Source: Spartobacteria bacterium (GTDB taxonomy: Bacteria; Verrucomicrobiota; Verrucomicrobiia; Chthoniobacterales; UBA6821). Taken from it: DNA of 64,000 bases. The DNA is taken from NCBI GenBank assembly GCA_947471565.1, contig CANIVT010000007.1:6909-70908 (forward strand). Direction: 5' to 3'. The notes beneath the pieces are model-generated. The model had not been told where the DNA came from, did no database searches, and worked only from the letters and a program-made list of their open reading frames with translations. Each line of letters opens with the position of its first letter. Within the stretch, counting starts at the first letter, position 1. Of this stretch, positions 34,287 to 44,874 are shown piece after piece. A program made the position numbers and the translations under genes.

Positions 34287-34320
34287 GGGCGAAAGCTGAA
34301 AGCTGAAAAGCTGAAATCTC
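34287..34320 (+). repeat. short AAGCTGA heptamer repeat
   Basis: gcgaaagctgaaagctgaaaagctgaaa. Confidence 0.7.
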
Positions 34321-34389
34321 CTTCCGCAGAAGACTCCGGCAGTTGAACCCAGATTTCGCGATAGGACTTGTTTTTCAGGTTTTGACGCT

Positions 34390-34571
34390 TCACCCAGATG
34401 GTGAGTCCATGCGGAGTTAAAACGTGAAAGCGTTAGAGCCAAGCCGGTGGGTACCGGTGCGGCAGACTACGACGAAGTCGAAGCCCGGAGGGCGCCACGG
34501 CTTCCCTGGAGGGAAGTGGCGTCAAAGTTAAAATGGGGCTGAATCCAATCGGCGTGAAATTGGAATGCCCC
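34390..34571. ncRNA. unassigned multi-hairpin non-coding element
   Basis: five stems: 34390-34404, 34421-34434 (GAAA loop), 34444-34457, 34491-34523, 34535-34571. Confidence 0.4.
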
Positions 34572-34721
34572 TCTTGTGCCTTATGTGCATCTTGTGGCCA
34601 TCTGCATCCGCTGGCCTGTTCGATACCCATCTCCACGTTGTAACCTTGCATCGATTATAACCCTTTTAACCAATTTTTCCTGCTCGGATCCCAGTTCCTA
34701 ATGCAAATTTTGGGTTGAAGC

Positions 34722-34751
34722 AAAAAGCCCCGGGTTCGCACCCGGGGCTTT
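34722..34751 (-). terminator. pnp intrinsic terminator
   Basis: AAAGCCCCGGG/CCCGGGGCTTT stem with a U tract on the minus strand. Confidence 0.9.
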
Positions 34752-34773
34752 CCTTGATTGATGTGGCGAAAGA

Positions 34774-37215
34774 TTAAGCAGCGCCTTCGGAAGCGGCCCC
34801 ATCAGAAGCAGCCTTGTCGCGCTCCTTCATGGCGGCCTTGCGGCTGAGCTTCACCTTACCCTTGTCATCGATGCCGATGCACTTGACCGAGATGACATCG
34901 CCGACCCGGACGACATCCTCGACCCTGTTGACGCGGACATCGGCGAGTTCGGAAATGTGTACGAGACCATCCTTACCGGGCAGGATCTCGACAAAAGCGC
35001 CGAAGTCTTTAAGCGAAACAACGGTTCCTTCGTAGGTTTCGCCGACATTCACCTTCACATCAGGCGTAGGGGCAACCGTTCCACCGGAGGCAATGATGTC
35101 GCGGTCTTTCATCGCGGCCCTGCGGCTGAGCTTGACCTTGCCCTTGTCATCGACGCCGATGCACTTGACCCAGATGCGGTCACCGACCTTCACGACGTCC
35201 TCAACCTTGTTCACGCGGGTGTCCGCAAGCTCCGAGATGTGCACGAGGCCATCCTTGCCGGGCATCACCTCGACAAAGGCGCCGAAATCCTTGATGGAAA
35301 CGACGGTTCCCTCGTAGGCCTCGTCGACGACAATATCCTTGGTCATGCCCTGGACGATTTCCTTGGCACGTTGGAGGCTCTCGGCGTTGTTGGAGTAGAT
35401 GTGGACGAGGCCGTGGGCGCCCTCTTCCTCCACGTTGATCTCCGCACCGGTCTCCGCGACGATCCCCTTGATGGTCTTGCCACCGGGGCCGATGATGAGG
35501 CCGATCTTGTCCTTGGGGATGACGACGGTCTCGATGCGGGGAGCATACTTGCTCATCTCTCCGCGTGGTGCGGGGAGTGTCTGCGTCATGTGCGAGAGGA
35601 TGAGTCCGCGGTTCTTGCGGGCGTCGTCGATGGCGGCGGCCATGAGCTCGTGGCTGATGCCCTTGAGCTTGAGGTCGAGCTGGAAGCCGGTGACTCCCTG
35701 TTCGGTTCCGCAGAGCTTGAAGTCCATGTCGCCGAAGTGATCCTCGCTGCCGATGATGTCGGTCAGCAAGGTGTGGCGGGTGAGCTTACCCTGATCGTCA
35801 TTCTCGGTCACGAGGCCGACGGAGATACCGGCGACGGGGCGCTTGATGGGAACACCCGCATCCATGAGGGCGAGCACGCCTGCGCAGACGGAGGCCATCG
35901 AGGTGGAGCCGTTGGACTCCATCACCTCGCTGGTGACGCGGAGGGCGTAAGGGAAGTCTTTCTGGCTCGGGATGACCGGGAAGATGGAGCGCTCGGCGAG
36001 GGCTCCGTGACCGATCTCGCGGCGGTTCTGTCCTCCGAAACGGCCGGTCTCGCCGACACTGAAGGGAGGGAAGTTGTAGTGCAGCAGGAAGCTCTTGGTG
36101 GTCTCGCCGCCGCCGTACCCGTCGATCATCTGGGCCTCGTCGGTGGTGCCGAGCGTGGCCAAGGCCATCGCCTGGGTCTCGCCACGGGCAAACAGAGCCG
36201 ATCCGTGGGCGCGCGGGAGAACGGAGGTCTCGCTGGAAAGCTGACGGAGCTCGGCGAGGCCGCGTCCGTCGCAGCGCTTCTGCTTGTCGAGAATGCTGAC
36301 GCGGAAGGCCTTCTTCTGAAGGTAATCGAAAGCCTGGGAGATTTCGAACTTCGAAGCGGCGGGGAATTTCTCGAGGATCTTCGCGCTTACTTCCTCGCGC
36401 AAGGCTCCGACGGCCTTGCCACGGGCAACCTTGCTGGGGGTGTAGAGGGCCGCCTCGATGCGGTCGCCCGCAACCTGGTAGGCGATTTCAAGCATCGCCT
36501 CGTCGACGTTGAGGAGGGTGAACTCGCGCTTGGGCTTGCCGGCCTTGGCGATGAGCTCGTTCTGAGCGGCGATTAGCGGACGGGTCTGCTCGCGGGCAAA
36601 ATCAAGGGCCTTCTTGAAGTCCTCCTCGGGAAGCTCATTGGCGGCACCCTCGATCATGATCACCTGCTCGCCGTCTCCGACGTACACGAGATCGAGATCA
36701 CTCTCTTCGCGCTGGGCGTGGGTGGGGTTCACGACGAACTGGCCGTTGATGCGGCCGACACGGACTGCCGCGATCGGCTTTTCGAACGGAATGTCCGAGA
36801 CACAGAGGGCAGCGGAGGCGCCATTAATGGAGAGGATGTCGGGATCGATCTCTCCATCCGCGGAGAGCAGGATGCTGATGATCTGCGTGTCGTAGAAGTA
36901 GTTCTTGGGGAAGAGCGGTCGCAGGGGGCGATCGGTCATGCGTGCGGTAAGAATCTCCTTCTCGCTGGGACGGCCCTCGCGCTTGAAGTATCCTCCGGGG
37001 AACTTGCCGACAGCGGCGGCTTTCTCCTTGTAGTCAACGGTGAGGGGGAAGAAGTCCTGCCCCTCCTTGACGGTGGTGGCGGAGACGGCGGAAACGAGGA
37101 CGATGGTCTCGCCCGAGGTGACGACGACGGCGCCGTCGGCGAGTTTGGCGATCTTGCCGGTCTCGAAGGTGATGGGATTCTGGCCAACGTTGGCCGTGGT
37201 GATGGTATGGGACAT
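34774..37215 (-). CDS. pnp: polyribonucleotide nucleotidyltransferase with two S1 domains
   Basis: [34 protein letters not shown] domain, tandem S1. Confidence 0.98.
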   Translation of the reverse strand: MSHTITTANVGQNPITFETGKIAKLADGAVVVTSGETIVLVSAVSATTVKEGQDFFPLTVDYKEKAAAVGKFPGGYFKREGRPSEKEILTARMTDRPLRPLFPKNYFYDTQIISILLSADGEIDPDILSINGASAALCVSDIPFEKPIAAVRVGRINGQFVVNPTHAQREESDLDLVYVGDGEQVIMIEGAANELPEEDFKKALDFAREQTRPLIAAQNELIAKAGKPKREFTLLNVDEAMLEIAYQVAGDRIEAALYTPSKVARGKAVGALREEVSAKILEKFPAASKFEISQAFDYLQKKAFRVSILDKQKRCDGRGLAELRQLSSETSVLPRAHGSALFARGETQAMALATLGTTDEAQMIDGYGGGETTKSFLLHYNFPPFSVGETGRFGGQNRREIGHGALAERSIFPVIPSQKDFPYALRVTSEVMESNGSTSMASVCAGVLALMDAGVPIKRPVAGISVGLVTENDDQGKLTRHTLLTDIIGSEDHFGDMDFKLCGTEQGVTGFQLDLKLKGISHELMAAAIDDARKNRGLILSHMTQTLPAPRGEMSKYAPRIETVVIPKDKIGLIIGPGGKTIKGIVAETGAEINVEEEGAHGLVHIYSNNAESLQRAKEIVQGMTKDIVVDEAYEGTVVSIKDFGAFVEVMPGKDGLVHISELADTRVNKVEDVVKVGDRIWVKCIGVDDKGKVKLSRRAAMKDRDIIASGGTVAPTPDVKVNVGETYEGTVVSLKDFGAFVEILPGKDGLVHISELADVRVNRVEDVVRVGDVISVKCIGIDDKGKVKLSRKAAMKERDKAASDGAASEGAA

Positions 37216-37342
37216 GGGAATCAGTGGTGTTGGGGTGGGTGAGGCTCTCCAGATGCTCGCTCCTTGGAGATCAAGGGCGGGGTGGATGCGGAGGATGCTC
37301 CATGCGGGAGCACCGGCCTCGTGGTGGTTCTTGTGTGGGTCG

Positions 37343-37369
37343 ATCCTGCCTTCGACGGAAGGCAGGGAT
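37343..37369. other. strong hairpin in the rpsO-pnp spacer (processing site or terminator)
   Basis: ATCCTGCCTTC-GACG-GAAGGCAGGGAT. Confidence 0.5.
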
Positions 37370-37456
37370 TATGCGGTCGGGTCGTGGAATGTTCCAAAGC
37401 CCATACCCACCCTCATCGGGCAAGTCTCGTGGCTGCGGAAATTCCGAGGATCCGGA

Positions 37457-37711
37457 TTACTTGCGGAGATCGAGCTTCTCGATGAGCTTCTGATAGCGCT
37501 CGGAAGCAGTCTCCTTGAGATAATCAAGAAGACGGCGGCGCTGGGCGACCATCCTGAGAAGACCGCGACGCGAGGAATGATCCTTGGCGTTGGTCTTGAG
37601 ATGGTCGGTCAGGGAGCCGATCCTCTGGGTGAGGCTGGCGATCTGGACATCGGCGCTGCCGGTGTCGTTGTCATGCAGCCGGATTGCTGCGATTTCTGTG
37701 GTCTCTGTCAT
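37457..37711 (-). CDS. rpsO: 30S ribosomal protein S15
   Basis: [28 protein letters not shown]; upstream of pnp. Confidence 0.98.
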   Translation of the reverse strand: MTETTEIAAIRLHDNDTGSADVQIASLTQRIGSLTDHLKTNAKDHSSRRGLLRMVAQRRRLLDYLKETASERYQKLIEKLDLRK

Positions 37712-37788
37712 GTTTTTATTTAGCGAAAGGTGAGTGTAGGAGAAAATAGCTCCCCCGAACAAGGGTTTTATTGGAAAACCCGGCAGGA

Positions 37789-38682
37789 TCAGTTCCCTTT
37801 GGAGTCAACCAGCTTGGAAACGGCGATCTCGTTCAGGGTCACCGGATTGTCCTGCAGTAGCTTGGCCAAGTAGGCCTTGCCGAGCACCTGGGCCTTCTGG
37901 TTGCGCAATTCGTTGGTCAGCGAAGCCTTCACCTCGTCCAAGGAAGCCGTGTAGGGATCCTTGACCTCCGTGAGTCGCACGATATGCCATCCGTCATTCA
38001 GGCGGATCGGTTCGGTTGTGCCGTTCTTGGAGAGGGCGGCGACGGCCGAGCGGATCTCAGGCTGGATCTGTGATTCCGCAAGGAAGCCAAGATCCCCTCC
38101 CCGCTGGGCACTCGCGGCATCATCGCTCTGGGTCTTGGCCACCGAAGCAAAATCACCGGCCTTTGCCGCTTTCACGGCGACATCAAGCCGCGACTGGGCC
38201 TTTTCCTCAACGGCCTTATCAGCTCCCTTGGGGCAGGCGATGTAGATCTGGGAGAGATGATACTGTTTGGGAACCTGCAGGGCATTCGCCTTCTTCAACT
38301 GGTCATAGGCTTCCTGCAGTTCGGAGGCAGAGGGGAACTCCTGCGGTGGGGCTGCAACGGATTGCAAATAGGACTGGGTGATCGCTTGCTGGCGCATCTT
38401 CTCCAACGCCGCGACGACTTGGGCCTGCTGGTCCCATTTCCTGGAGAGCGCCTCTTTGTACACCAACTGCTGGATAATCAGTCCGCGAACATATTCGTTC
38501 AGGGCGGCGGGATTCTTGGAAAGGGCGAGCTGATCCCGCACCGAGAGTTTCTCGATAAACGGCTTGATGTCGTCGGAGCGCACCTCGCTCCCGCCGACCT
38601 TGGCAATGACGGTGGAATCAGCGGCCGTCACGGAGAGCGTGAGGGCGATGAAGGAAAGAAGGAGGGTTGCTTGGGTTTTCAT
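37789..38682 (-). CDS. PpiC/parvulin-type peptidyl-prolyl isomerase, exported
   Basis: signal peptide; [27 protein letters not shown]. Confidence 0.9.
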   Translation of the reverse strand: MKTQATLLLSFIALTLSVTAADSTVIAKVGGSEVRSDDIKPFIEKLSVRDQLALSKNPAALNEYVRGLIIQQLVYKEALSRKWDQQAQVVAALEKMRQQAITQSYLQSVAAPPQEFPSASELQEAYDQLKKANALQVPKQYHLSQIYIACPKGADKAVEEKAQSRLDVAVKAAKAGDFASVAKTQSDDAASAQRGGDLGFLAESQIQPEIRSAVAALSKNGTTEPIRLNDGWHIVRLTEVKDPYTASLDEVKASLTNELRNQKAQVLGKAYLAKLLQDNPVTLNEIAVSKLVDSKGN

Positions 38683-38730
38683 AAAGTGTTTTGCGGAGAT
38701 TTTTCGGGAATGTTGAGGGATAGGATCCTG

Positions 38731-39414
38731 TTAGTCGACTTTCTTTGCCTGAGCGCTTGAGCCCGCAGCAGGAGAGACCTCTTGCTTCTCCGGGCGGATG
38801 GTCTGGTCAGAGAGCTTGTTCTGATAATCCTGCACCAGGTTCTGGAATTTCACCTTGGTCACTCCGACGAAAGGCTCTCTGGCCGCAATGGCCGTTCCCA
38901 GACCGAACTGGGCGTAGCGGTCGAGCACCTCGTTGGCAAGGCGGTACATCTCGGCGTTGCGCACCTGCTGATCGGCAATGCGTCGCTCGAGCAGAATGCA
39001 CTTGGAGGCAAATTCGGCACGCTTTCCCTCGGTAGCCTTGGCGTAGTCGGCCAACTTGGCGTAGCCCTGCTTCCACTTGGAGAGCGACTCGGTGAGGTGA
39101 TTCCCGATCATCTCGCTGTTGGCCAACTTGGTGCGCAGATCATCGATCGTCTCGTTGGCTGTCTTCCGCTCGGCCGCAGACTTCTTGGTGAGTTCCTCAA
39201 GTTTACCCTGCAGCTCCTTGACCTTGTCCTCCGCCTCGGCCTGCACAGCCTGGGCGGTGGCAAGTTTTGCGTTTGCATCGCGGAGTTGGATCATGGAGTT
39301 CTTCACCGCCTCACGCATCTTCTGCATGGCGGGATCGGCCTTCTCGGCGGCCTTCAATGGAATGGAGGCAAGTAGAAGGGCCACCACGATCACGGGGTAT
39401 AATTTCATGCTCAT
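38731..39414 (-). CDS. exported coiled-coil protein (PA0697-like)
   Basis: signal peptide; long heptads; C-terminal REPFVG..NLVQDY. Confidence 0.72.
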   Translation of the reverse strand: MSMKLYPVIVVALLLASIPLKAAEKADPAMQKMREAVKNSMIQLRDANAKLATAQAVQAEAEDKVKELQGKLEELTKKSAAERKTANETIDDLRTKLANSEMIGNHLTESLSKWKQGYAKLADYAKATEGKRAEFASKCILLERRIADQQVRNAEMYRLANEVLDRYAQFGLGTAIAAREPFVGVTKVKFQNLVQDYQNKLSDQTIRPEKQEVSPAAGSSAQAKKVD

Positions 39415-39426
39415 GTTCGGGAATTG

Positions 39427-41844
39427 TTAGAATCTGGCATTGACGTCCAGTTGCAGAATATCGGACTTGTACGTGGGGCCGGCGATGCCGGTGGCACTAA
39501 GCCACCGTGCCCCGATAAAGACGTTTTTGCTCAAGGCAAGATTGCCTCCCACGGAGAATCCCTTGAGGTTGGTTCCACCTCCGCCAAAGTCCGAATCGCA
39601 GAAGCCGTCGATCACTGCATCGGACTCGACATAGCGGTAAGCGACGCCGAAATCCCAATCCCAGCGTTTCTGAAGGGCTCCGTGTCCAATCTTGGCCTGA
39701 ACAATCCAAGCTGTGTTTCCACCGTTGTAGGAAGTGTAGTTTCCATTTGCCAAGTTGTTCACCGGACCACGCGGAAGGGCCTGATTGTAGTTGTTGTCGG
39801 GGCCGGGTAGCGGGCCGTTATTAAGGATATTCTGAGAATTCCAAGCAACGTTACGATCCCATTCACCCGATAGAGAAACTAGGAAAGGTTCCCAGTGCTT
39901 GTATTCAAGACGGGCATTCGCAGAGAGGATATTGTACGGCGTCGCCAGTCCAAAGTATTGCCACTGGTTGATGTAGTAGGGGTCTACTCCCTGCGTAGGA
40001 TCATTGATGTAGTTGGCTTGGGGATTTCCCGTGGGGATTCCGTTGGCATCGTAAGCGTCGACTTTCTGGATATTTCTGAGCGCGACATATGTGTTGCCGC
40101 GCTGAGCAAAGGTAGGCCTCGTGTCGTCGGTATTCAACTGAGCCTCTTGATTAGGCGTAACCCCAGGGGCCGATACTTTACCCTGCACATTCTGAAAGTA
40201 ATAATAACCCGCAGCGCTCTTGAAGTTGAGGTCCCTTGTGATTTTCCAGTCGATACCCACTTGTCCGGCATAGAGGTACTTGTCGTTACTGGAAATCTTG
40301 GGTTGTTGGGTTGCAGGGAAATTCAAATCGGTATTGTAGACAGGAAAGATTCCACCACTGATGAAAGGAGTGAATCCTTTGAGGATTTTATATCGGGCTT
40401 GGGCTGCAACGCCGTCAAAGCCGATGTCATTCGCCCACATGATGGTGGTCGGTGTGAAGAAGGGATTGTCAAACCGGCCCAGGGAAATCGCCGCCATCCG
40501 GTCAGGGTCATCTCCGATCTCATACTTGAGGAAAGCACGGTCCAGCCAGATCGCGTAGGAACTGAAGTTGCCACCCTGGGCCATTCCTTGGTTGCCAACA
40601 AATCCGAAGGTCTGATTTTCAGAAACAGGGCTTCCGTTCTGACCCGTTCCGATCCGGAATCCGGAGGTGAAGTTTTCACCCAGATTCATATCCGCGCCGA
40701 ACCTGAACCTGACACGCGCCAGATCGCGTTGCTGGGTCGTGTTGTAGGTGGGCGGTCCCACGGGATTCTGGGCCTGATAATAACCAAAGTAATTATAATA
40801 TTGTGTCGCACCAGGAATCGCCATCAGGTTGACCGGCCACCCCGTGTTGATGGCGTTGTAGTTCATGGTCTCAAAGAGATCCGTGCTATTGCCGGAAGGA
40901 TACTCGTTGGCTTGGAAGCGTGTTCTCAAATCCATGAAAGGCCGGAACTTACTCAGCCACTCGGGAATATTGGGTTGGTTCCACCCCTCGGCTTGGGCAG
41001 CAGCCATGACATCTCGCTTGATCTCATCCTTCATCTCCGCCTTCACGATCTCTGGAACGTAGGAAACGCTGACCTGATCATCCGATTGAGGCGGAGCCGC
41101 GGCCTCGACCGCCATCTGCTGGGCGGCGGCAGCCTGAGTCGCGGCTTGTTGGGCTGTCTGCGCCTGTTGGGCGGCATTCTTTGCATCGTCCTGGGCCTGA
41201 CGGATCAGGTCACCTGCATCCTCTTTGGTCAGGATACCGCGCTGGACGAGTCGGTTGATCAAATTGAGCGTCACGTTCTCGGAAGGAGGAGCTGGCGCCG
41301 TGGCCGCCATCTTATCAGGCGGTTGATCCATATTGGGGGGCTGATCCACAGGAAGCGGCTTGATCGTGGGAGCAACCGTGGAAAGAGAAGAAGTGGTGTT
41401 AGTAGCCTCCAGAGGAGACGGCGTGGCAGAAGACTTTACTGCATCGGGTTTTGGCTCGGAGGTATCAACGGATAACGCTGTGTTCGTAGAAGGAGCAGCA
41501 GGAGTCGCGTTCGTGGAATCACTCGGCGATGCTGGAGCTGGCACTTGTTGCGAATCGGTTGAGGGCACCGGAAGGGTCGCTGAACCCGCTGTAAGTGCCG
41601 CATTCGATGCTCCAGGATCCGAGGAGGAAGTCGTAGGCGTGAGACTGATTGGGGGAGCACTGGAAACTGAGGCGGCGGCATCCGCCATGGCGGCAGTGTC
41701 CGAGGCCAACGAGGAGGCCGTCGATTGCTGCGAAGACTGCGTGCCAAACAGCGAGTCAGCCGCCTTGGTGAGGCCAACCGCCATCACCATCAGGAAAAGC
41801 CAAAGGAAACCCTTTGCCAGCTTTGAGATCGGATAAGATTTCAT
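39427..41844 (-). CDS. putative porin (outer-membrane beta-barrel, PA0696-like)
   Basis: NLINRLVQRGIL, IWLDRAF, DSDFGGGGTN, C-terminal LDVNARF beta-signal. Confidence 0.85.
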   Translation of the reverse strand: MKSYPISKLAKGFLWLFLMVMAVGLTKAADSLFGTQSSQQSTASSLASDTAAMADAAASVSSAPPISLTPTTSSSDPGASNAALTAGSATLPVPSTDSQQVPAPASPSDSTNATPAAPSTNTALSVDTSEPKPDAVKSSATPSPLEATNTTSSLSTVAPTIKPLPVDQPPNMDQPPDKMAATAPAPPSENVTLNLINRLVQRGILTKEDAGDLIRQAQDDAKNAAQQAQTAQQAATQAAAAQQMAVEAAAPPQSDDQVSVSYVPEIVKAEMKDEIKRDVMAAAQAEGWNQPNIPEWLSKFRPFMDLRTRFQANEYPSGNSTDLFETMNYNAINTGWPVNLMAIPGATQYYNYFGYYQAQNPVGPPTYNTTQQRDLARVRFRFGADMNLGENFTSGFRIGTGQNGSPVSENQTFGFVGNQGMAQGGNFSSYAIWLDRAFLKYEIGDDPDRMAAISLGRFDNPFFTPTTIMWANDIGFDGVAAQARYKILKGFTPFISGGIFPVYNTDLNFPATQQPKISSNDKYLYAGQVGIDWKITRDLNFKSAAGYYYFQNVQGKVSAPGVTPNQEAQLNTDDTRPTFAQRGNTYVALRNIQKVDAYDANGIPTGNPQANYINDPTQGVDPYYINQWQYFGLATPYNILSANARLEYKHWEPFLVSLSGEWDRNVAWNSQNILNNGPLPGPDNNYNQALPRGPVNNLANGNYTSYNGGNTAWIVQAKIGHGALQKRWDWDFGVAYRYVESDAVIDGFCDSDFGGGGTNLKGFSVGGNLALSKNVFIGARWLSATGIAGPTYKSDILQLDVNARF

Positions 41845-41881
41845 GCGTTGTTGAGAATTTATAGAAAGTGCTTGATGACCT

Positions 41882-42562
41882 TTAGTTAGGGCGCTTGGCG
41901 CTGAAGTGCATGACGATCGGCATTGGCATTCCCGCGGGCGGGGGCTCAGGCATCGAAAGTTCGGCGAAGGCCTCGCTGCGGATCGCGTTATCCACATCGG
42001 GATTGCCCGTCGACTTGGCTAGGCTGACCTTGGAGACGTGGCCGGTCTCATCCAGCCAGACCCTCACCTGCACATCCATGACGGCGCTGCGGGTCTTTTT
42101 ATTGCCCAGTAGGCAATTGACCATGCGGTTCTTCACCTGTCCGGCGTAGTAGCCGAACTTGGAACCGCGTCCCCCGCCCATGCCCCCGCCCCCGAATCCG
42201 CCACCCCCTCCGTTGCCGGCGGCAAGACCCGAGGCGTCGTTACCCTGGATACTGGTGGCAAGCGGTGCAGGCTCGGGAGCCTTGTCGGGCGGCTTTTCGT
42301 CCGTCGGAGCCTCTTCTTTCTGGAATTTGGGTGCATCCGGAGGCGGGGGTTCCTGCTTGGGGGGCGGCGGCGGAGGCGGCGGAGGCGGCGGAGGGGGAAG
42401 CGAGATCATCTTGATCTCACTCTTCGAAGCGGGTGCCCCGCCGTCATCGTCACCGTGGTGGAAGATGAAAAACGCCACGACACCACCCAACACCACAACG
42501 CCGCCGATGATCAGCGGCAGTGGCAGCTTTTTCTTCTCAGGTGATGTCTGCGTGACGGGCAT
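41882..42562 (-). CDS. TonB-like energy transducer (TM, Pro-rich linker, TonB_C)
   Basis: N-terminal TM, poly-Pro, C-terminal VRVWLDETG..STGNPDVD. Confidence 0.85.
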   Translation of the reverse strand: MPVTQTSPEKKKLPLPLIIGGVVVLGGVVAFFIFHHGDDDGGAPASKSEIKMISLPPPPPPPPPPPPPKQEPPPPDAPKFQKEEAPTDEKPPDKAPEPAPLATSIQGNDASGLAAGNGGGGGFGGGGMGGGRGSKFGYYAGQVKNRMVNCLLGNKKTRSAVMDVQVRVWLDETGHVSKVSLAKSTGNPDVDNAIRSEAFAELSMPEPPPAGMPMPIVMHFSAKRPN

Positions 42563-42589
42563 TGTCGGATTTGTTTTTTCGATGGCCGT

Positions 42590-42991
42590 TTACTGGCGCT
42601 TCTGCGTGGCAAGACCGACCTTCTCCATCCCGATCCGGCCGATCACATCCAGGACATCCATGACCCCCTGATACTGTGTGGCGCTGTCTCCTCGGACCAC
42701 GACCGGCGTGTCGGCATTGGCCGACTTGGCCTCGGTCAGTTTCTGCTCCAACTCGGGCAGGGTGACCGGGAGAGTATTCAGGAAGACAGCCCCCTCGCTA
42801 TTCACGGTGACGGCCTGCGTCTTGGGACCACCCATGCTGGGCGCGGAGCTTCCCTTCGGAAGATTGACCTTCACCCCCTGAATGCCGGCCGTCGTCATGA
42901 TGATGAAGATCAGCAAGAGCACGAGATACAGGTCAACCATCGGCGTGACATTGATGTCGGCGATGGCTTCTCCTCCGGAATCGGCTTGCAT
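42590..42991 (-). CDS. exbD: ExbD/TolR biopolymer transport protein
   Basis: INVTPMVD..LVLLLIFI, VRGDSATQY. Confidence 0.93.
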   Translation of the reverse strand: MQADSGGEAIADINVTPMVDLYLVLLLIFIIMTTAGIQGVKVNLPKGSSAPSMGGPKTQAVTVNSEGAVFLNTLPVTLPELEQKLTEAKSANADTPVVVRGDSATQYQGVMDVLDVIGRIGMEKVGLATQKRQ

Positions 42992-43026
42992 GGTCGTGGG
43001 TGGTTAGGTTGCAGGGATTTTGTAAC

Positions 43027-44856
43027 TCAATGCGCCGAGCCTTCCGATTTCTCAGGATAGCATTCGGCCATCTTGGTCAGAAACTCCTCAAGGAAGAGGT
43101 GGAGGTCCGTCGTGATGTCCTTAACCTGGACGCTCAGATAGTTGTAGCCGAAGAGCGCAGGGATCGCGACGACCAGACCGCAGACAGTCGCCAGAAGCGC
43201 GGCCGCGATACCTGGAGCGATGGCGTTGATGTCCACCTCTCCGAGCATGGCAATCTCGCCGAAAGTAATCATGACGCCGATGATGGTTCCCAGCAGGCCG
43301 ACATAGGGACCGCCGGCGATACAGATCGTGAGAAGGACCATCATGCTCTGGAGCCTTGCGTTCTCACGTGTGATCTGGGCACTCATGCTGGCCTCGATGG
43401 CCTTGACGGAACGGTGGGCAAGCCCCTTGCCTTCAGCAACCCTAAGGCGGATTTCCTGACAGCCAAGATGATAGACCCTGTAGATAGGGGTGGAGTGGAT
43501 GAACTTGATATGAGCCGCCTCGGCTTTTCCACCCAGGGTGGCCACGTGCTCGTCATCCTCGGTGTCGAGCGAAAGGAGCTCCCCCCGCAGGTGATGCCAC
43601 TGGTTCATGAACTCCTTGGACCCCTTGGCCATCGAGGAGATGTACTGGTTCTTGGCCACCATCACGATCCAGCTGATGGCCGACATGATGCCGAGGATCC
43701 CGATCACCACCCATGCGTCGAAGGTGACCGATTTGATCAGATAGCCAAAGAGTCCGAGGCTATCGAGGAAACTTACCTTGGCGGCCTCCGGCTTTCCTGG
43801 GACGAGAAGCTTCGCGTTCTGTTGGCCCTGACCGAGGGCGGCTAGCTTGATGAAACCCGCGGAGCGGGCGGACTTGGAAATTTCCATCTCGTCGACTTCC
43901 CCCTTGAAGGAGGCTTTCCCCTCCTCCCCTCCGATGAAGGCTGCACTATTCAGAGCCGGAATGGCAACCGGCAGATTGGCGACCGCATTGCCGTCGACAT
44001 AAAGCGTCGTGCGGGTGCCGTCCGAAACCAAGGCAAGATGCTTCCAGGAACCGGCCGCCAGCGGGGCTGCCGGGGTCGAGCGCTGGTTGCCGGCGGCATT
44101 CGTGATCTCGAAGAAGGGAGCGCCGCTATCGAGGCCGATTTTAAGCCCATTGGCCCCGTCCTTGCGGCTGTAGATGATCGCATTGGGATCGAGTGAGGTC
44201 GGCTTCACAAAGCTCATCCAGGTGTAGGGAGCCGACTCAAGAACGGCCGAGTTGGGGTTTGCCGGGATGCTGATCGGCTTCTTTCCATCGAGTTTGATGC
44301 CGCCCCCGATCATCGATCCCTCGACAGGGATGCCGGGCGTCTCGGCGCGGACACCGTTTCCGGAGGAATCGCCCGGAGGAGTGCCGTGCTCGTTGAAATG
44401 ATAGACCGAGACTGTGTCGGCATCATAGGCCGTCTTGGGGAGGTCGGTCTTCTCTCCCTTGGCTGGTTTTTTCTTCTCGTTACGGCCGTAGTAAAGGTAG
44501 ATGTCGCGGGACTGGCCGGGCTTGATGTCGGGGATCTTGACCCAGACGAAGCCCTCGTTCATGACCGGATCAAATTTCTCAATCTGGGAGGCAAGAAGCG
44601 TCTTGTCATCGGAGTCGACGAACCGGAGATCCGTACCGTCCTCCTTGCACTGGGAGAAATCGAGGACCCCGTCGTGAAGACGGACCAAGACGGTGGCCGT
44701 TCCGGCAGCATCAGGGAGAGGGACCCCGTTGTCGGTCGTATCAACAGTGAATTTCTCGCGGGCCGCCCAGGCCTCGTTCCACCAGGTGCGCGCGTGGAGC
44801 GAACCAGATGCCACAAGCATCAGGGAGAGCAGAGAGAGCAGGGATCGTAATTTCAT
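43027..44856 (-). CDS. DUF2341 + LamG-like + MotA/TolQ/ExbB fusion
   Basis: DGTDLRF..WVKIP; WKHLALV (LamG); GPYVGLLGTIIGVM..APGIAAALLATVCGLVVAIPA. Confidence 0.9.
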   Translation of the reverse strand: MKLRSLLSLLSLMLVASGSLHARTWWNEAWAAREKFTVDTTDNGVPLPDAAGTATVLVRLHDGVLDFSQCKEDGTDLRFVDSDDKTLLASQIEKFDPVMNEGFVWVKIPDIKPGQSRDIYLYYGRNEKKKPAKGEKTDLPKTAYDADTVSVYHFNEHGTPPGDSSGNGVRAETPGIPVEGSMIGGGIKLDGKKPISIPANPNSAVLESAPYTWMSFVKPTSLDPNAIIYSRKDGANGLKIGLDSGAPFFEITNAAGNQRSTPAAPLAAGSWKHLALVSDGTRTTLYVDGNAVANLPVAIPALNSAAFIGGEEGKASFKGEVDEMEISKSARSAGFIKLAALGQGQQNAKLLVPGKPEAAKVSFLDSLGLFGYLIKSVTFDAWVVIGILGIMSAISWIVMVAKNQYISSMAKGSKEFMNQWHHLRGELLSLDTEDDEHVATLGGKAEAAHIKFIHSTPIYRVYHLGCQEIRLRVAEGKGLAHRSVKAIEASMSAQITRENARLQSMMVLLTICIAGGPYVGLLGTIIGVMITFGEIAMLGEVDINAIAPGIAAALLATVCGLVVAIPALFGYNYLSVQVKDITTDLHLFLEEFLTKMAECYPEKSEGSAH

Positions 44857-44874
44857 GAGGAGATGAGCGGTTTG

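Noticed and set aside
34390-34571. tmRNA, 6S, SRP or RNase P RNA
   Set aside because: No tRNA-like ends or tag ORF, no single long rod, no SRP or RNase P signature sequences recognised.
34957-36576. 539-aa plus-strand ORF
   Set aside because: Antisense shadow of pnp, typical of high-GC codon bias; likewise 39895-41475 opposite the porin and many others in the track.
42360-42400. Phase-variable simple repeat in tonB
   Set aside because: Poly-Pro encoded by mixed codons, a normal TonB spacer.
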